Source: Candidatus Latescibacterota bacterium | Lineage (GTDB): Bacteria > Latescibacterota > UBA2968 > GCA-2709665 | Reading direction: 5' to 3' | DNA: 64,000 nucleotides | Assembly: GCA_965116875.1 (NCBI GenBank) | Contig: OZ220733.1 | Location: forward strand, 5,216,001 to 5,280,000 | Part shown: piece by piece, positions 9,090 through 19,299 of the stretch | Layout of the letters: each line of letters begins with the position of its first letter | How positions within the stretch are numbered: position 1 is the stretch's first letter | The notes under the pieces: model-generated | Told to the model about the DNA's origin: nothing | Database searches by the model: none | What the model saw: the letters and a program-made list of their open reading frames with translations, nothing else | Made by a program: the position numbers and the translations under genes

Positions 9090-12010
9090 ATCTGCAACCT
9101 TTCTCCGGCTGGGTCGTAGAACGGCCCGTGGTAAACACAGGCGTCTTCAAGCTCGCCGTCCCGGCGAATCCGGAACCCCGTTCCCTCTTCCGCCGCCACG
9201 TGCGCGGGCAGCCAGCAGAGCCCGATGGTCTCCCCGAGCGACGGACTGAAGCGGGAGGACGTCAGCCAGCCGATGATCTCCTGTTTTCCGTTCCCGTCCG
9301 GATGCACGGCCTGCAGACCCTCTTCGGGCACGATGCCCGGCCGCGCCATTTTGAAACCCACGAGCCGCTGACGGGCGCCCCTTTCCGAGATCCTGGACAA
9401 CATGGGCTTGCCCAGAAAATCCCGCTTGTTCATTTTTACGGCCCATTCCATGTTGGCTGAAAAGGGATCGGTCAGCGCGTCGGTGTCCTGGCCGACGATG
9501 ATGTGCGCCTTTTCGAGCCGGAGCACGCGCTGCGCCTCCACCCCGAACGGCCCGATGCCGAATTCCTCCCCCGCCGCCATCAGCGCCCGCCACACGTGCA
9601 GGCCGAATGACGCCGGGCAGTGGATTTCGTAGGACAATTCGCCCGTAAACCCGATTCGAAGGACACGGCACAGCACCCCGGCGACACGGGTCGACCGCAC
9701 CCGCATATAGGGAAACTTCTCGCTGCTCAGGTCGCGGTCCGTGAGCTTCCGCAGCACGTCTCGAGACCTGGGGCCCGCCAGGTTGAACGCCGCGTAGGAG
9801 TCGGTGAGGTTGACAACGTGTACGCCTTCGCCCCAGCCCGACTGCGCCCACCACTGAATCCATTCGAACACCGCCGTCGCACCGGTGGAGGTGGTACTCA
9901 TATACCACTCGTTTTCCTGAATCCGGGCGCACACCCCGTCGTCCATCACAACCCCTTCGTCGTTGCACATCACGCCGTACCGGACGCGGCCCACACCCAG
10001 CTTCCGCCACTGGTTGACGTACACCCGCTCCAGCAGTTCAGGCACACCCTTGCCGGTCAGTTGAATCTTGCCCAGCGTGCTGACGTCCATCAGCCCAACC
10101 CGTTCACGTACCGCCTTCACTTCAGCGACGGGGTCGCCGTAGTCTTCAGGACGCAACCAGAGTCCCGCCACCATCATCCTCGCGCCCTGTTCCAGGTGCC
10201 ACTGATGCGCGGGGCTCACCTGAACGGGCTCCATGTTCTGACCTGCCAACGCGCCCAGCGTTACCGGCTCCACCGGTGGGCGAGACGTTGTCCTGCCCGT
10301 TTCCCCGACCTGCTTTCCGTTCGCACGGGCGCAGAGATGCACTGTATTCATGGAGCACATCCTGCCCTGGCAGGGACCCATGGAAATCGTGCTGTACCGT
10401 TTCAGCAGTTCGATACTGTCGTACCCCTCGACGATTGCCGTCCGCAGGTCCACGTCGGTGACGTCTTCGCAATAACACAAAAACCTCTTTTTTCTTCCCG
10501 GCACCAGGGTACGGGACGACGTACGCACCGGCTCGGCGGCCTTTCGGTCCTGGAGATCGGACACATCAGACGGGTCGGGTCCTTCGCCGAAGCCCGCACA
10601 GGCCGCGGAGCTCCTTCCGGCGGTCCGCCCCTCGTCCTGGGCGCACGAGACCTCGTTGGCGCCCGCGGCGCGCCCTGCCACGAACACGCCTTCCGGCGCG
10701 TTTGTCGCACGCGGTTCCGACCGCTGCGCGTCGTAGACCGATTCGCCGCCGGCCATGTGGAACAATGCCAGGTCCGGCGTCCATCCCACGCTGACGACAA
10801 TCAGGTCGCACGCCAGTTTACGCGCCGCGGACCGATCCGCCTCTCCCAACGGATCGATCCGGGCGACCGTGGCGGCCTGAACGCGTTTCGATCCGACGGC
10901 GTCCAGAATCGTATGCCGGAAAAACGCGGGCACGCCACGGGAAATCAACTCGCCGGCGGTCGCGCTCGAACACGAGTGCCGCTCGTCCAGTACCCCGGCG
11001 ATTTCAATGTCCGCCCCCGCCAGGTCCCCGGCCACGTCCCATCCATCGTCGTTCGCGGTTACCACCAGCGCCCTCGCGCCCGGCTTCACACCGTAGAGAT
11101 GGACGAGCCGGCGGGAGGCGCTGCCCAGCATCACCCCGGGCAGGTCGTTATTGTCGAACAGCAGCGGAACCTCGATGGCGCCGGTTGCGAAAACCACGGA
11201 TTTCGCGCGTATTTTGAACAGTCGCGAACCCTTCACCGCCGCCAGCCAGTGATCCTGATACCAGCCCAGAACCGCCGTATCGGTGTAGACCTTCACGTCC
11301 GAACGGTTCGCCACCGACGACAGCAGCGCCTCCAGCCGGTCGGCCTGGGAAGGCGAATAGCGCAGGCGCCCGCCCAGAGACGGTTCGACTTCGAAAAGCG
11401 CGACGCTCGCCCCCTGTTCAGCCGCCGCGACGGCCGCGCCGACTCCGGACGGTCCGCCCCCAACCACCACCACGTCGGCATGCAGATACTGTTTGTCGTA
11501 CGTGCCGGGCCGCGACGCTAAATCAACCTTCCCCAGGCCCGCCGCGCGGCGGAGTACGTGTTCGTAGGACGGCCAGAGCACGGTGGGCCGGATGAAGGTC
11601 TTATAGTAGAAACCCACCGGCATCAACGGCGCGGCCAGCTGGGTGAGCGAAAGAACGTCGCGGTCCAGCGACGGCTGCGCGTTCTGCGACTGAACGGCCA
11701 GGCCTGCCTCCGCGCGGCGCGTACAGGCGCGGACGTTGGGCTCGTCGCCGATCTGGACCAGACAGTTGGGACATTGGCCCGCGCAACAAAGCAAACCTCT
11801 GGGCCGGTGATACTTGAACGACCGGCTGAACACCTGCACCCCGGACGCGGCCAATGCCGACGCAATGGTATCGCCCTCGTATCCGGTGTAGTGCCGTCCA
11901 TCGAAGGTAAATTCGACTTTCGCATCGCGATCGATGACTTCGCCGGTTTGCGGCGGGAGCCTTTCCGAATCCGTGGGGGCAACCGCCTGCCGGATCGATT
12001 CAGTCGCCAT
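9086..12010 (-). CDS. soxA: Sarcosine oxidase / N-methylglutamate dehydrogenase alpha subunit
   Basis: SRSFKYHRPRG, CCAGQCPNC, GGGPSG, MGPCQGRMC, DVSTLGKI, GFTGELSYE, LRLEKAH. Confidence 0.92.
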   Translation of the reverse strand: MATESIRQAVAPTDSERLPPQTGEVIDRDAKVEFTFDGRHYTGYEGDTIASALAASGVQVFSRSFKYHRPRGLLCCAGQCPNCLVQIGDEPNVRACTRRAEAGLAVQSQNAQPSLDRDVLSLTQLAAPLMPVGFYYKTFIRPTVLWPSYEHVLRRAAGLGKVDLASRPGTYDKQYLHADVVVVGGGPSGVGAAVAAAEQGASVALFEVEPSLGGRLRYSPSQADRLEALLSSVANRSDVKVYTDTAVLGWYQDHWLAAVKGSRLFKIRAKSVVFATGAIEVPLLFDNNDLPGVMLGSASRRLVHLYGVKPGARALVVTANDDGWDVAGDLAGADIEIAGVLDERHSCSSATAGELISRGVPAFFRHTILDAVGSKRVQAATVARIDPLGEADRSAARKLACDLIVVSVGWTPDLALFHMAGGESVYDAQRSEPRATNAPEGVFVAGRAAGANEVSCAQDEGRTAGRSSAACAGFGEGPDPSDVSDLQDRKAAEPVRTSSRTLVPGRKKRFLCYCEDVTDVDLRTAIVEGYDSIELLKRYSTISMGPCQGRMCSMNTVHLCARANGKQVGETGRTTSRPPVEPVTLGALAGQNMEPVQVSPAHQWHLEQGARMMVAGLWLRPEDYGDPVAEVKAVRERVGLMDVSTLGKIQLTGKGVPELLERVYVNQWRKLGVGRVRYGVMCNDEGVVMDDGVCARIQENEWYMSTTSTGATAVFEWIQWWAQSGWGEGVHVVNLTDSYAAFNLAGPRSRDVLRKLTDRDLSSEKFPYMRVRSTRVAGVLCRVLRIGFTGELSYEIHCPASFGLHVWRALMAAGEEFGIGPFGVEAQRVLRLEKAHIIVGQDTDALTDPFSANMEWAVKMNKRDFLGKPMLSRISERGARQRLVGFKMARPGIVPEEGLQAVHPDGNGKQEIIGWLTSSRFSPSLGETIGLCWLPAHVAAEEGTGFRIRRDGELEDACVYHGPFYDPAGERLQM

Positions 12011-12287
12011 CCCCGCCCTCCCCGTCCGCGTCCGCCTGCCACGCGTACGTCTTCAGGACCTCCTGCGTCTTCGTATGCCGCTGGGCCAGGAACCAGAGAC
12101 CGCATCCCGACTGGTGAAACCACCACGCCGTCTCCACACCCAGTTTATTGTCGCACAGATAGAGATATGCGGCCAGCTCCGCGTCGTCGCACGAATCAGG
12201 GTCCGCCGGCCGGGGGTTGTATTCACCCCCGAAGCGGAACTCGCTTACATTTCGCTCGCCGCAATTCGGGCAGGATAGAATCAACAT
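12000..12287 (-). CDS. soxD: Sarcosine oxidase delta subunit
   Basis: CPNCGER..SEF and HQSGC zinc-site motifs; start ATG 12287. Confidence 0.9.
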   Translation of the reverse strand: MLILSCPNCGERNVSEFRFGGEYNPRPADPDSCDDAELAAYLYLCDNKLGVETAWWFHQSGCGLWFLAQRHTKTQEVLKTYAWQADADGEGGDGD

Positions 12288-12321
12288 AGCGCACTCAGAT
12301 TCAGGGCCAGCGACCCGACGG

Positions 12322-13560
12322 TCAATGCCCCACCGACGCCGCGCCTTTTTCGCCAACCAGATCGAATTCCTCGAACCTGGACAGCCGAAACGGGTGTATC
12401 AGGTCCGGCGTACGGTCGCCGGCGATCAGTTCCGCCATGGTCCGCCCGCAGATTGGGGACGCCTTGAAGCCGTACGTGCCCCAACCCACGTCCACAAGAA
12501 AGCCCCGCACGGGAGTAAAGCCCATGATGGGACTGTAATCCGGAGTCATATCGCAGAGCCCCGCCCACTGACGCAGGACGCGCACCTTGCTCAGGAACGG
12601 AAACAACTCGAGCATGTGTCCGGCAATACTCTCCATGAACGCCAGCGAAGAATCCATCGAATAGGACGTATAGGGGTCCACGCTTGCGCCCATTACGAGT
12701 TCGCCGCGGTCCGACTGGCTCACGTACACGTGAAGGCTGCCCGACACGATGACGACGTCGAGAAACGGCTTGAGCGGTTCGGTAACGCAGGCCTGCAGTG
12801 GAAAGGTGGTAAGAGGCAGGCGCACGCCTGCCATATCGGCAATGGTCGACCCCCACCCCGCCGTTGCGTTCAACACCGTGCCGGTCCGGATGTAACCCCC
12901 GGTAGTCTCCACACCCACGACGCTCTCGCCGCGGACGTCAATCCCGGTCACCGCGGTCTGCTGATGAATGTGCACACCCCGACGGTCGGCCTGATGGGCA
13001 TAGCCCCATACGACGGCGTCGTGACGGACGATGCCTCCCGGCGGATGGTAGAGCGCGGCCAGAATCGGGTAACGGGGATGGTCGCTGACGTCGATTCCCG
13101 GACAGAGCCTCCGGATTTCGTCGGGCCAGATCAACTCGGATTCCACACCCTGCAGCCTGTTCACCTCCGCCCGCCTGCGCATGGTGCGTACGGCGCCGTC
13201 GGTATGCGCAAGTGTGAGGTGCCCGCGCTGGCTGAACATGACGTTGAAATCCAGTTCCGTCGCCATTTGCTCGTACAGCCGCACGCTTTCGTCGTAGAAG
13301 CGCACCCCTTCCGGCGTGAGATAGTTGCTGCGGATGATGGCGGTATTCCGACCGCTTCCTCCGGAGCCGATATACCCTCTTTCGATAACGGCGACATTCG
13401 TAATGCCGTGTTCCGCCGCCAGGTAGTAGGCGCATGCCAGGCCGTGCGCGCCCCCGCCCACAATCACGACGTCGTAACGCTCGCTGACGGGATGGGACCG
13501 CCACATTCTGGGCAACAGTCCGTTTCCGTTCAGCGCCTGTCGAATCAGCTTGAACGACAC
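12322..13560 (-). CDS. soxB: Sarcosine oxidase / N-methylglutamate dehydrogenase beta subunit (FAD)
   Basis: YDVVIVGGGAHGLACAYYLA, GRNTAIIRSNY, GWGTYGFKASP, EKGAASVGH; probable GTG start at 13560. Confidence 0.92.
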   Translation of the reverse strand: MSFKLIRQALNGNGLLPRMWRSHPVSERYDVVIVGGGAHGLACAYYLAAEHGITNVAVIERGYIGSGGSGRNTAIIRSNYLTPEGVRFYDESVRLYEQMATELDFNVMFSQRGHLTLAHTDGAVRTMRRRAEVNRLQGVESELIWPDEIRRLCPGIDVSDHPRYPILAALYHPPGGIVRHDAVVWGYAHQADRRGVHIHQQTAVTGIDVRGESVVGVETTGGYIRTGTVLNATAGWGSTIADMAGVRLPLTTFPLQACVTEPLKPFLDVVIVSGSLHVYVSQSDRGELVMGASVDPYTSYSMDSSLAFMESIAGHMLELFPFLSKVRVLRQWAGLCDMTPDYSPIMGFTPVRGFLVDVGWGTYGFKASPICGRTMAELIAGDRTPDLIHPFRLSRFEEFDLVGEKGAASVGH

Positions 13561-13767
13561 CTGACAATCCCTGAGAAGCTGTTTTAAAATTACCGGTGAG
13601 TTCCCGAGCACGAGCGAAAAAGTGGCGGTCAAGGCGGGAAAATCCGCCCATATTTGTCTATACGGGTGGATTTGACCAACGCCGACCGGCGCTTTTGCAG
13701 CCGTGCGAAGACCGTTGGGAATTTTAAGACAGCTTCTGAAATTCCCGTTCGTTGCCGGAAGCCGCAC

Positions 13768-15114
13768 CTATTTCCAGCCGGGCCCGCCCCCCGCGACGCG
13801 GTTCGTCCCGACCAGCGGAAGATCGCAGATCATGGACGCCTCTGATGTCAGCGCGCGCATGTCCTCCGGCTCCAGATCGTGCACATCCGCCTTGCCGCAT
13901 GCACGCGCGAGGATCTGGATTTCGGACGTCATGGCCTGGAGCAGATTGGCCACGCGTTCAGCCGCTTCGTCCACGTTCAGGCGGGCCATCAGCTCGGGAT
14001 CCTGTGTGGTAATGCCCACCGGACACCGACCCGTGTGGCAGTGATGGCAGTGATACGGCTCCGCGCCCAACGCCCTGTAGTCGTCCACGAAAAGGGGCCG
14101 GTTGCAGTTCAACGCCATCAGCGCCGCCGTGCCGATGTACACGGCATCGGCGCCCAGCGCCATGGCTTTTGCGGCGTCGACGCCATTCCGGATCCCGCCC
14201 GCGATGATCAGCTGTACCTTTCCGTACATGCCGATGTCCTCGAGCGCCGCCCTCGCTTCACCCACAGCCGCCAGCGTGGGAATGCCCGTATGCTCCTGGC
14301 AGATTTCCGCGGATGCCCCGGTGCCGCCTTCCATGCCGTCGACCACAACCACGTCGGCCCCGGCCTTGGCCGCCAGGCGTACGTCGTCGAATACGCGGGT
14401 GGCGCCCATCTTGACGAAAATGGGAACCTGCCAGTCCGTGGCCTCACGCAACTCCTCGATTTTGATGATCATGTCGTCGGGACCCAGGAAATCCGGATGC
14501 CGCGCCGGACTTCGCTGGTCCACGCCGATGGGCAGGTCCCGCTGCGACGCCACGTCCCCCAGCACCTTGGCGCCCAGCAGCAGCCCCCCCGTGCCCGGCT
14601 TCGCCCCCTGTCCGATGGTGAGTTCGATTCCGTCGGCAACCCGGAGGTCGTGCACGTTGATACCGTACCGCGAAGGCAGGACTTCGTAGATCAGCACCTT
14701 GCTCTCATCCCGCTCCGCCTTCAACATGCCTCCGTCGCCCGTCGTATTGGAGGATCCGACCGTATTGGCGCCCCGGGCGAGCGCCACCTTGGCGTTGTAG
14801 GACAGCGCGCCCCAGCTCATGCCGGTGATCATGATGGGCGTATCCAGCACGATGGGCTTTTCTGCAAAGCGGTCGCCCAGAACCGTTTCCGCCGAACAGC
14901 GCTCCCTGTACCCCTCCAGCGGAATGCGCGTGAGCGTACAGGGAATGAAGGTCAGGTCGTCGAACGTGGGCCACCGCCGCTCGCGCAGCGTGCCGAACCC
15001 GCGTATCCGGTACCGCCCCAACTCGGCCTTGACCTGGATGTCTTCGATGACGGCGGGCGTAAACGTGCCGCTGGCCTGCGGCGGACGATAACGCCCGTTA
15101 TATTCTTCGTCCAT
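13768..15114 (-). CDS. FMN-binding glutamate synthase-family protein (MgsC-like)
   Basis: TGMSWGALS, GQGAKPGTGG, DGMEGGTGA, CHHCHTGRCPVG (3Fe-4S-type motif). Confidence 0.9.
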   Translation of the reverse strand: MDEEYNGRYRPPQASGTFTPAVIEDIQVKAELGRYRIRGFGTLRERRWPTFDDLTFIPCTLTRIPLEGYRERCSAETVLGDRFAEKPIVLDTPIMITGMSWGALSYNAKVALARGANTVGSSNTTGDGGMLKAERDESKVLIYEVLPSRYGINVHDLRVADGIELTIGQGAKPGTGGLLLGAKVLGDVASQRDLPIGVDQRSPARHPDFLGPDDMIIKIEELREATDWQVPIFVKMGATRVFDDVRLAAKAGADVVVVDGMEGGTGASAEICQEHTGIPTLAAVGEARAALEDIGMYGKVQLIIAGGIRNGVDAAKAMALGADAVYIGTAALMALNCNRPLFVDDYRALGAEPYHCHHCHTGRCPVGITTQDPELMARLNVDEAAERVANLLQAMTSEIQILARACGKADVHDLEPEDMRALTSEASMICDLPLVGTNRVAGGGPGWK

Positions 15115-15206
15115 AGTTAACCTTGATTCATCATTTTTCGGGATGTTAATTCGAATATGTGGTTGTTAATAAAGGCAATTTAGCTGCTGATTACCAGGAT
15201 ACACGA

Positions 15207-15902
15207 TTACAGCGCCTCCCGCCACACGGCGCGCTCGTCCTTGTCGAAATTCCAGAGCTTGCGGCCTGCCACCACCTTTTTGAACGATGTGACGTCGGGG
15301 CGCGTGCCCAGGTGTTCCTGAATGGCGTTCCTCAAAAAAGCGAACTCGCTCTCGACCGGCGTCTCAACCACGGCATCGTTGCCGAGTTCCGCGATCTCCC
15401 CGCCCACGAAACATTCTGTCTCGTACATCGAATCGGCAAAGGCTTCGCCGGTATCGCCGCAGACGATAATGCGGCCCGTCTGTCCCATGAACCCGGCCAT
15501 ATAACCGCAGTCCCCTCCCACGACGATCAACCCGCCTTTCATCGCCACGCCCAGACGCGCCGAGGCGTGGCCCCGCACCACCACGGCGCCCCCGCGAATA
15601 GACGCCGCCGTACCGTTGCCCGCGTTGCCGTGCACGATTACCTTCCCGCTCATCATCGACTCCGCCAGACCCCAGCCCGCGCTGCCTTTTACCTCGACGG
15701 TCGCACCGTCCATCATCCCGGCGCAATAGTACCCAACGCTGCCTTCCAGAGTAAGGTGGACGGGATCCAGAAGCGCCACCCCGAGATTGTGGCGCGCGCC
15801 CGGCTCCAGGACACGGACCTCGCCTTCCCCGGCGGCAACAAACGCTTTTATCTCCCGGTTGATCTCCCGCGTTGACTTTCCGTTGCAGGTCAGTTGTGCC
15901 AT
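15207..15902 (-). CDS. GXGXG-domain protein (MgsB-like), copy 1
   Basis: GSVGYYCAGM, GWGLAESMMSG, ADSMYE, RKLWNF. Confidence 0.88.
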   Translation of the reverse strand: MAQLTCNGKSTREINREIKAFVAAGEGEVRVLEPGARHNLGVALLDPVHLTLEGSVGYYCAGMMDGATVEVKGSAGWGLAESMMSGKVIVHGNAGNGTAASIRGGAVVVRGHASARLGVAMKGGLIVVGGDCGYMAGFMGQTGRIIVCGDTGEAFADSMYETECFVGGEIAELGNDAVVETPVESEFAFLRNAIQEHLGTRPDVTSFKKVVAGRKLWNFDKDERAVWREAL

Positions 15903-16795
15903 AGCCGCATGTCCCTCGCGCGGGCTTCAACCACGTCGTAGTCTCCATGGAATGCCGACCGGAACGCGATCTCTTCGGTGGCCACCGCGGCGAAATCGTC
16001 CGTTTCCGCAACAAGCAGCGGCTTGAAGGAATACGGATCCCGGACAAAACCCACGGCGTCGGGCGTGGCCACCAGATAGCTGAACGAGCCGTCCAGGTCT
16101 GTCAGAGAAGCGTCCATTGCCGCCTCAAGGTCCCTTCCGTCCGAAAGCTGCCGGCGGAGATACATCCCGATGATTTCAGAGTCGTTCTCCGTATAGAACC
16201 GGGCGCCTTCCTGCTCGTATATGCGCCGCAGCTTGTGATAGTTCGTGATGTGCCCGTTGTGAACGATGGCAAGGTCCGGATGACCGTGGGCCCAGAACGG
16301 CTGGGAGTGGCTCAGGTCGATCCGCGACTCCGTGGACAGGCGGGTATGTCCGATGCCGTGCGTCCCTTCGAAGCCGGAAATCCCGTACGTTCTGTCAAGG
16401 TTGCGGGGCGACCCCACCTGCTTTACGATTTCCAGACTGCCCCCCATACTCACCACCTCCACGCCCTCGCCCGCGGCTTCGATTGCCTGTTCCAGCCTGC
16501 TCGCGTCGCCTCCATAAGCGATCACCAACCGCAGGTACTCCTCCGTGCGTGTCCACTCGGCCAGGGCGCCCAGTGCCTCCGCACTCGAAACGACCCGCCG
16601 CGTGGTTGATTCATAATCCGTTGTTTCTCCCAGATTTACGCGCAGGACCATCCGTCCGTCCCGCCCGTCGCCATAAAGCGCCACGCCAGCCGAATCCGGC
16701 CCCCGGCAATCCAGGGCGCCCAGCATCTTCAAAATGGTCCGCCCGAGCTCTCCGGTGTCCTCCCCCCGGTTCCAGAACCCCACGATTCCACACAT
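15890..16795 (-). CDS. Class II glutamine amidotransferase (MgsA-like), copy 1
   Basis: MCGIVG start at 16795, RGPDSAG, GHTRLSTES, VHNGHITNY, ENDSE. Confidence 0.88.
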   Translation of the reverse strand: MCGIVGFWNRGEDTGELGRTILKMLGALDCRGPDSAGVALYGDGRDGRMVLRVNLGETTDYESTTRRVVSSAEALGALAEWTRTEEYLRLVIAYGGDASRLEQAIEAAGEGVEVVSMGGSLEIVKQVGSPRNLDRTYGISGFEGTHGIGHTRLSTESRIDLSHSQPFWAHGHPDLAIVHNGHITNYHKLRRIYEQEGARFYTENDSEIIGMYLRRQLSDGRDLEAAMDASLTDLDGSFSYLVATPDAVGFVRDPYSFKPLLVAETDDFAAVATEEIAFRSAFHGDYDVVEARARDMRLWHN

Positions 16796-16808
16796 TGCCG
16801 CTCTCCGG

Positions 16809-16853
16809 AAAAAACACAAAAAAGCCGTACCAACTTCGATGAAGCGGGTACGG
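16809..16853 (-). terminator. Intrinsic terminator-like hairpin between the sulfatase maturase and mgsA-like copy 1
   Basis: Minus strand reads CCGTACC-C-GCTTC-ATC-GAAGT-T-GGTACGG followed by CTTTTTTGTGTTTTT. Confidence 0.6.
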
Positions 16854-16923
16854 ATGATCGCACCGCACAGGTTAAAAGTCAAGCCAAAACGATCCGTGTC
16901 CCGTCCAGGGAATATATCGCTAT

Positions 16924-18291
16924 TTATCTACCGCCCGCACCCCCGCAACACCGCTTGAATTTCCTGCCGCTGCCGCACGGACACGGCTCGTTCCGGCCCG
17001 TGCTTCGGGCCCGGACCGCCGCCCTTTCGGATTCCCGGGCGCGCACCCGGCGCATGACGTTCGCGGCCGGCCTTCCCGCGGCAAGCTCCTTCGCCATCAT
17101 CTTCATGTAGGGATCCACGTGGCCGAAGAACATCTTGTACCCGGTGCAGAGGTAGTTCAGCCCAGCTTCTCCGTCCGGCGCGTGGATGAACCTTTGCTTG
17201 GGACAACCCCCGTTGCAGGCAAACCGGTAGTCGCAGGCCCGGCAATACGCCGGCAGGGTATCCCGTTTGTCGGACCCGAATTTCTCCTGCAGGGGGCTGG
17301 CGACCATCTCGCGGATGCTCTTTTCTCGGACGTTGCCGAGATTGTACTGCGGATAGACGAAGTGGTCGCAGGAATACAAGTCCCCATTGTGTTCGATGAT
17401 CAGCGCCCTGCCGCACTCTTCCGCGAAAATGCAGAGGCTGGCATCCTGGCCCATCCAGCTCCCCAGCGCGATATCGAACATCTGGACGAAATACCGGCCC
17501 ACGTCCTTCCGGACCCACTCGTCGAAGACCCCGCAAAGGAACCGGCCGTATTGGGCAGAACCGACCGACCACTTCGAGACCCGGGCCCGTCCTTCGAACT
17601 CCGGCGCGACGAGCTGCAGCAGATCGTCGCCAGGTTCGGCCGCGATCCGCTCCACAATCGGGATAAACTGCATGTACCGGCTGCCTATGGATTTGAGAAA
17701 GCGATAGACTTCCACCGGGTAATCCGCGTTGTGGGCCTGCAGCACCGTGAGCGTATTGTATTCAACCCGGTGTTTCTGAAGGACTTTCAGACCCTCCATC
17801 ACCCGATCGAACGTGGGCTTTCCCCCTTTGTCCACGCGGTAGCGGTCGTGCATCTCCCTGGGGCCGTCCACGGACAGCCCCACGAGAAACCGGTGTTTTG
17901 CCAGGAACTCGCCCCACTCGTCATCGAGAAGAATCCCGTTGGTCTGAAACGCGTTCGTGACGGTTTTTCCATTGGCATACCGCGCCTGGAGGGCCACGGC
18001 CCGGCGGTAGAAGTCCACACCCATCAGCGTGGGCTCCCCGCCCTGCCAGGCGAAATGAACCTCCGGCACATCCTGTGCTTCGATATAGTGCCGGACATAT
18101 AGCTCAAGCGTCTCATCGTCCATCATCCAGTTTCTGCCGGCGTCCGGATACAGCTTTTCCTTTTCAAGGTAAAAGCAGTACTTGCAGTCTATATTACAGA
18201 CCGCGCCGGATGGCTTTGCCATCACGTGGCAGGCCTCCGGGCGTTCAACGGTTGCTTCGTCCGTCGCCATATGTGCTGTGAGCGAATCCAT
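16924..18291 (-). CDS. Anaerobic sulfatase maturase (radical SAM/SPASM, AslB/ChuR family) with C-terminal SEC-C motif
   Basis: CNIDCKYC, WQGGEPTL, YSCDHFVYP, CRAC...CNGGCPK, GRNEPCPCGSGRKFKRCCG. Confidence 0.95.
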   Translation of the reverse strand: MDSLTAHMATDEATVERPEACHVMAKPSGAVCNIDCKYCFYLEKEKLYPDAGRNWMMDDETLELYVRHYIEAQDVPEVHFAWQGGEPTLMGVDFYRRAVALQARYANGKTVTNAFQTNGILLDDEWGEFLAKHRFLVGLSVDGPREMHDRYRVDKGGKPTFDRVMEGLKVLQKHRVEYNTLTVLQAHNADYPVEVYRFLKSIGSRYMQFIPIVERIAAEPGDDLLQLVAPEFEGRARVSKWSVGSAQYGRFLCGVFDEWVRKDVGRYFVQMFDIALGSWMGQDASLCIFAEECGRALIIEHNGDLYSCDHFVYPQYNLGNVREKSIREMVASPLQEKFGSDKRDTLPAYCRACDYRFACNGGCPKQRFIHAPDGEAGLNYLCTGYKMFFGHVDPYMKMMAKELAAGRPAANVMRRVRARESERAAVRARSTGRNEPCPCGSGRKFKRCCGGAGGR

Positions 18292-18329
18292 AGAGGCTGT
18301 GCGATTAACCGGTTAACGGCAACCAGCTG

Positions 18330-19199
18330 CTAATCCGTTTCCAAAGCCGCGGGGTCGAACGTGCGGACGTGCGCGTCGCCGCCATCCACCGTGCCCTTCC
18401 ATGCGTACGGGTCCTCTCCCGCAACCATCAGGATGCCGCGGTAGTCGGCAAGCGCCATCTTGCCGTCCTCGGGCGGTCGATGCCAGGGCAACAACGAGTA
18501 GGCGTTCATGTAATGGTTCACCAGCACCCGCCTGAAGCGGTCCGATCTGTTCTTTCGGGACCGGTGCAACAGGTATCCGTTGAAGAAGACCACCGCGCCG
18601 GCGCGACACACGACCGGTATCTCGCCCCTGTCGTCAAATCCGTAGGACTCCTGGGCAAAATCGAATTCCTCGGGCCTGTCGTGCGCGCGCTGGGGATACA
18701 GATAGCCGTTCCGGTGGGAACCCGGCAGTACCCACATACAGCCGTTTTCCACCGTCACGTCGTCCAGGGCGTACCACGCCCCGGTGAGGCTGCGGTCCCG
18801 CGTGGGAATATACACCTCGTCCTGATGCCATGCCTGCCCCGGAAACTGTGGGGGCTTGATGAACAGCATCGACTGCATGCACTTCACATCCGGGGCTACG
18901 AGGCGTGAAAGAACTCTCGATACACCGCGGTGCGCGAGAGCCTCCGCCATGAACGGACTGATACTGTGGGGTTGGTGGATGCACAGATACTGCGAAAGAG
19001 CGGCCTCGTTGGACGTCCCGTCCGGAACCGGCTTCAGATTTTCGCTTTTATACTCTCCGCGACAGAGTTTTACGGCATCCGCACGAATCGCCTTGACGTC
19101 CTCCTCGCTTAACAGCCCTTCCACAACCAGAAAACCCTGTTCTTTGTACGACTCGACCTGCGTTTGTGACATTTCCACCGTGGATCCCCTCGTACTCAA
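18330..19199 (-). CDS. PhyH-family dioxygenase
   Basis: QAWHQDE, ENGCMWVLPGSH, LLHRSRKN. Confidence 0.9.
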   Translation of the reverse strand: MSTRGSTVEMSQTQVESYKEQGFLVVEGLLSEEDVKAIRADAVKLCRGEYKSENLKPVPDGTSNEAALSQYLCIHQPHSISPFMAEALAHRGVSRVLSRLVAPDVKCMQSMLFIKPPQFPGQAWHQDEVYIPTRDRSLTGAWYALDDVTVENGCMWVLPGSHRNGYLYPQRAHDRPEEFDFAQESYGFDDRGEIPVVCRAGAVVFFNGYLLHRSRKNRSDRFRRVLVNHYMNAYSLLPWHRPPEDGKMALADYRGILMVAGEDPYAWKGTVDGGDAHVRTFDPAALETD

Positions 19200-19299
19200 C
19201 GGCCGATATTAACGTAACTTGCTGAAAAATAACCGCGATCCGGTTGATTGTCAATCCCGATCGGCACGGCCGCGTTGCCTCGTTGCGTGCCGGTCTCTT

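Noticed and set aside
13561-13767. N-terminal extension of soxB (and similar extensions of ORFs 1849-3078, 2772-4319, 6895-8493, 38934-40403, 46852-47265)
   Set aside because: The extensions overlap neighbouring genes or lack family resemblance; downstream starts fit better.
5101-16795. Ordinary split glutamate synthase plus housekeeping glnA
   Set aside because: Linkage to soxBDAG and the DHEDA-type GS motif favour the N-methylglutamate pathway; not proven.
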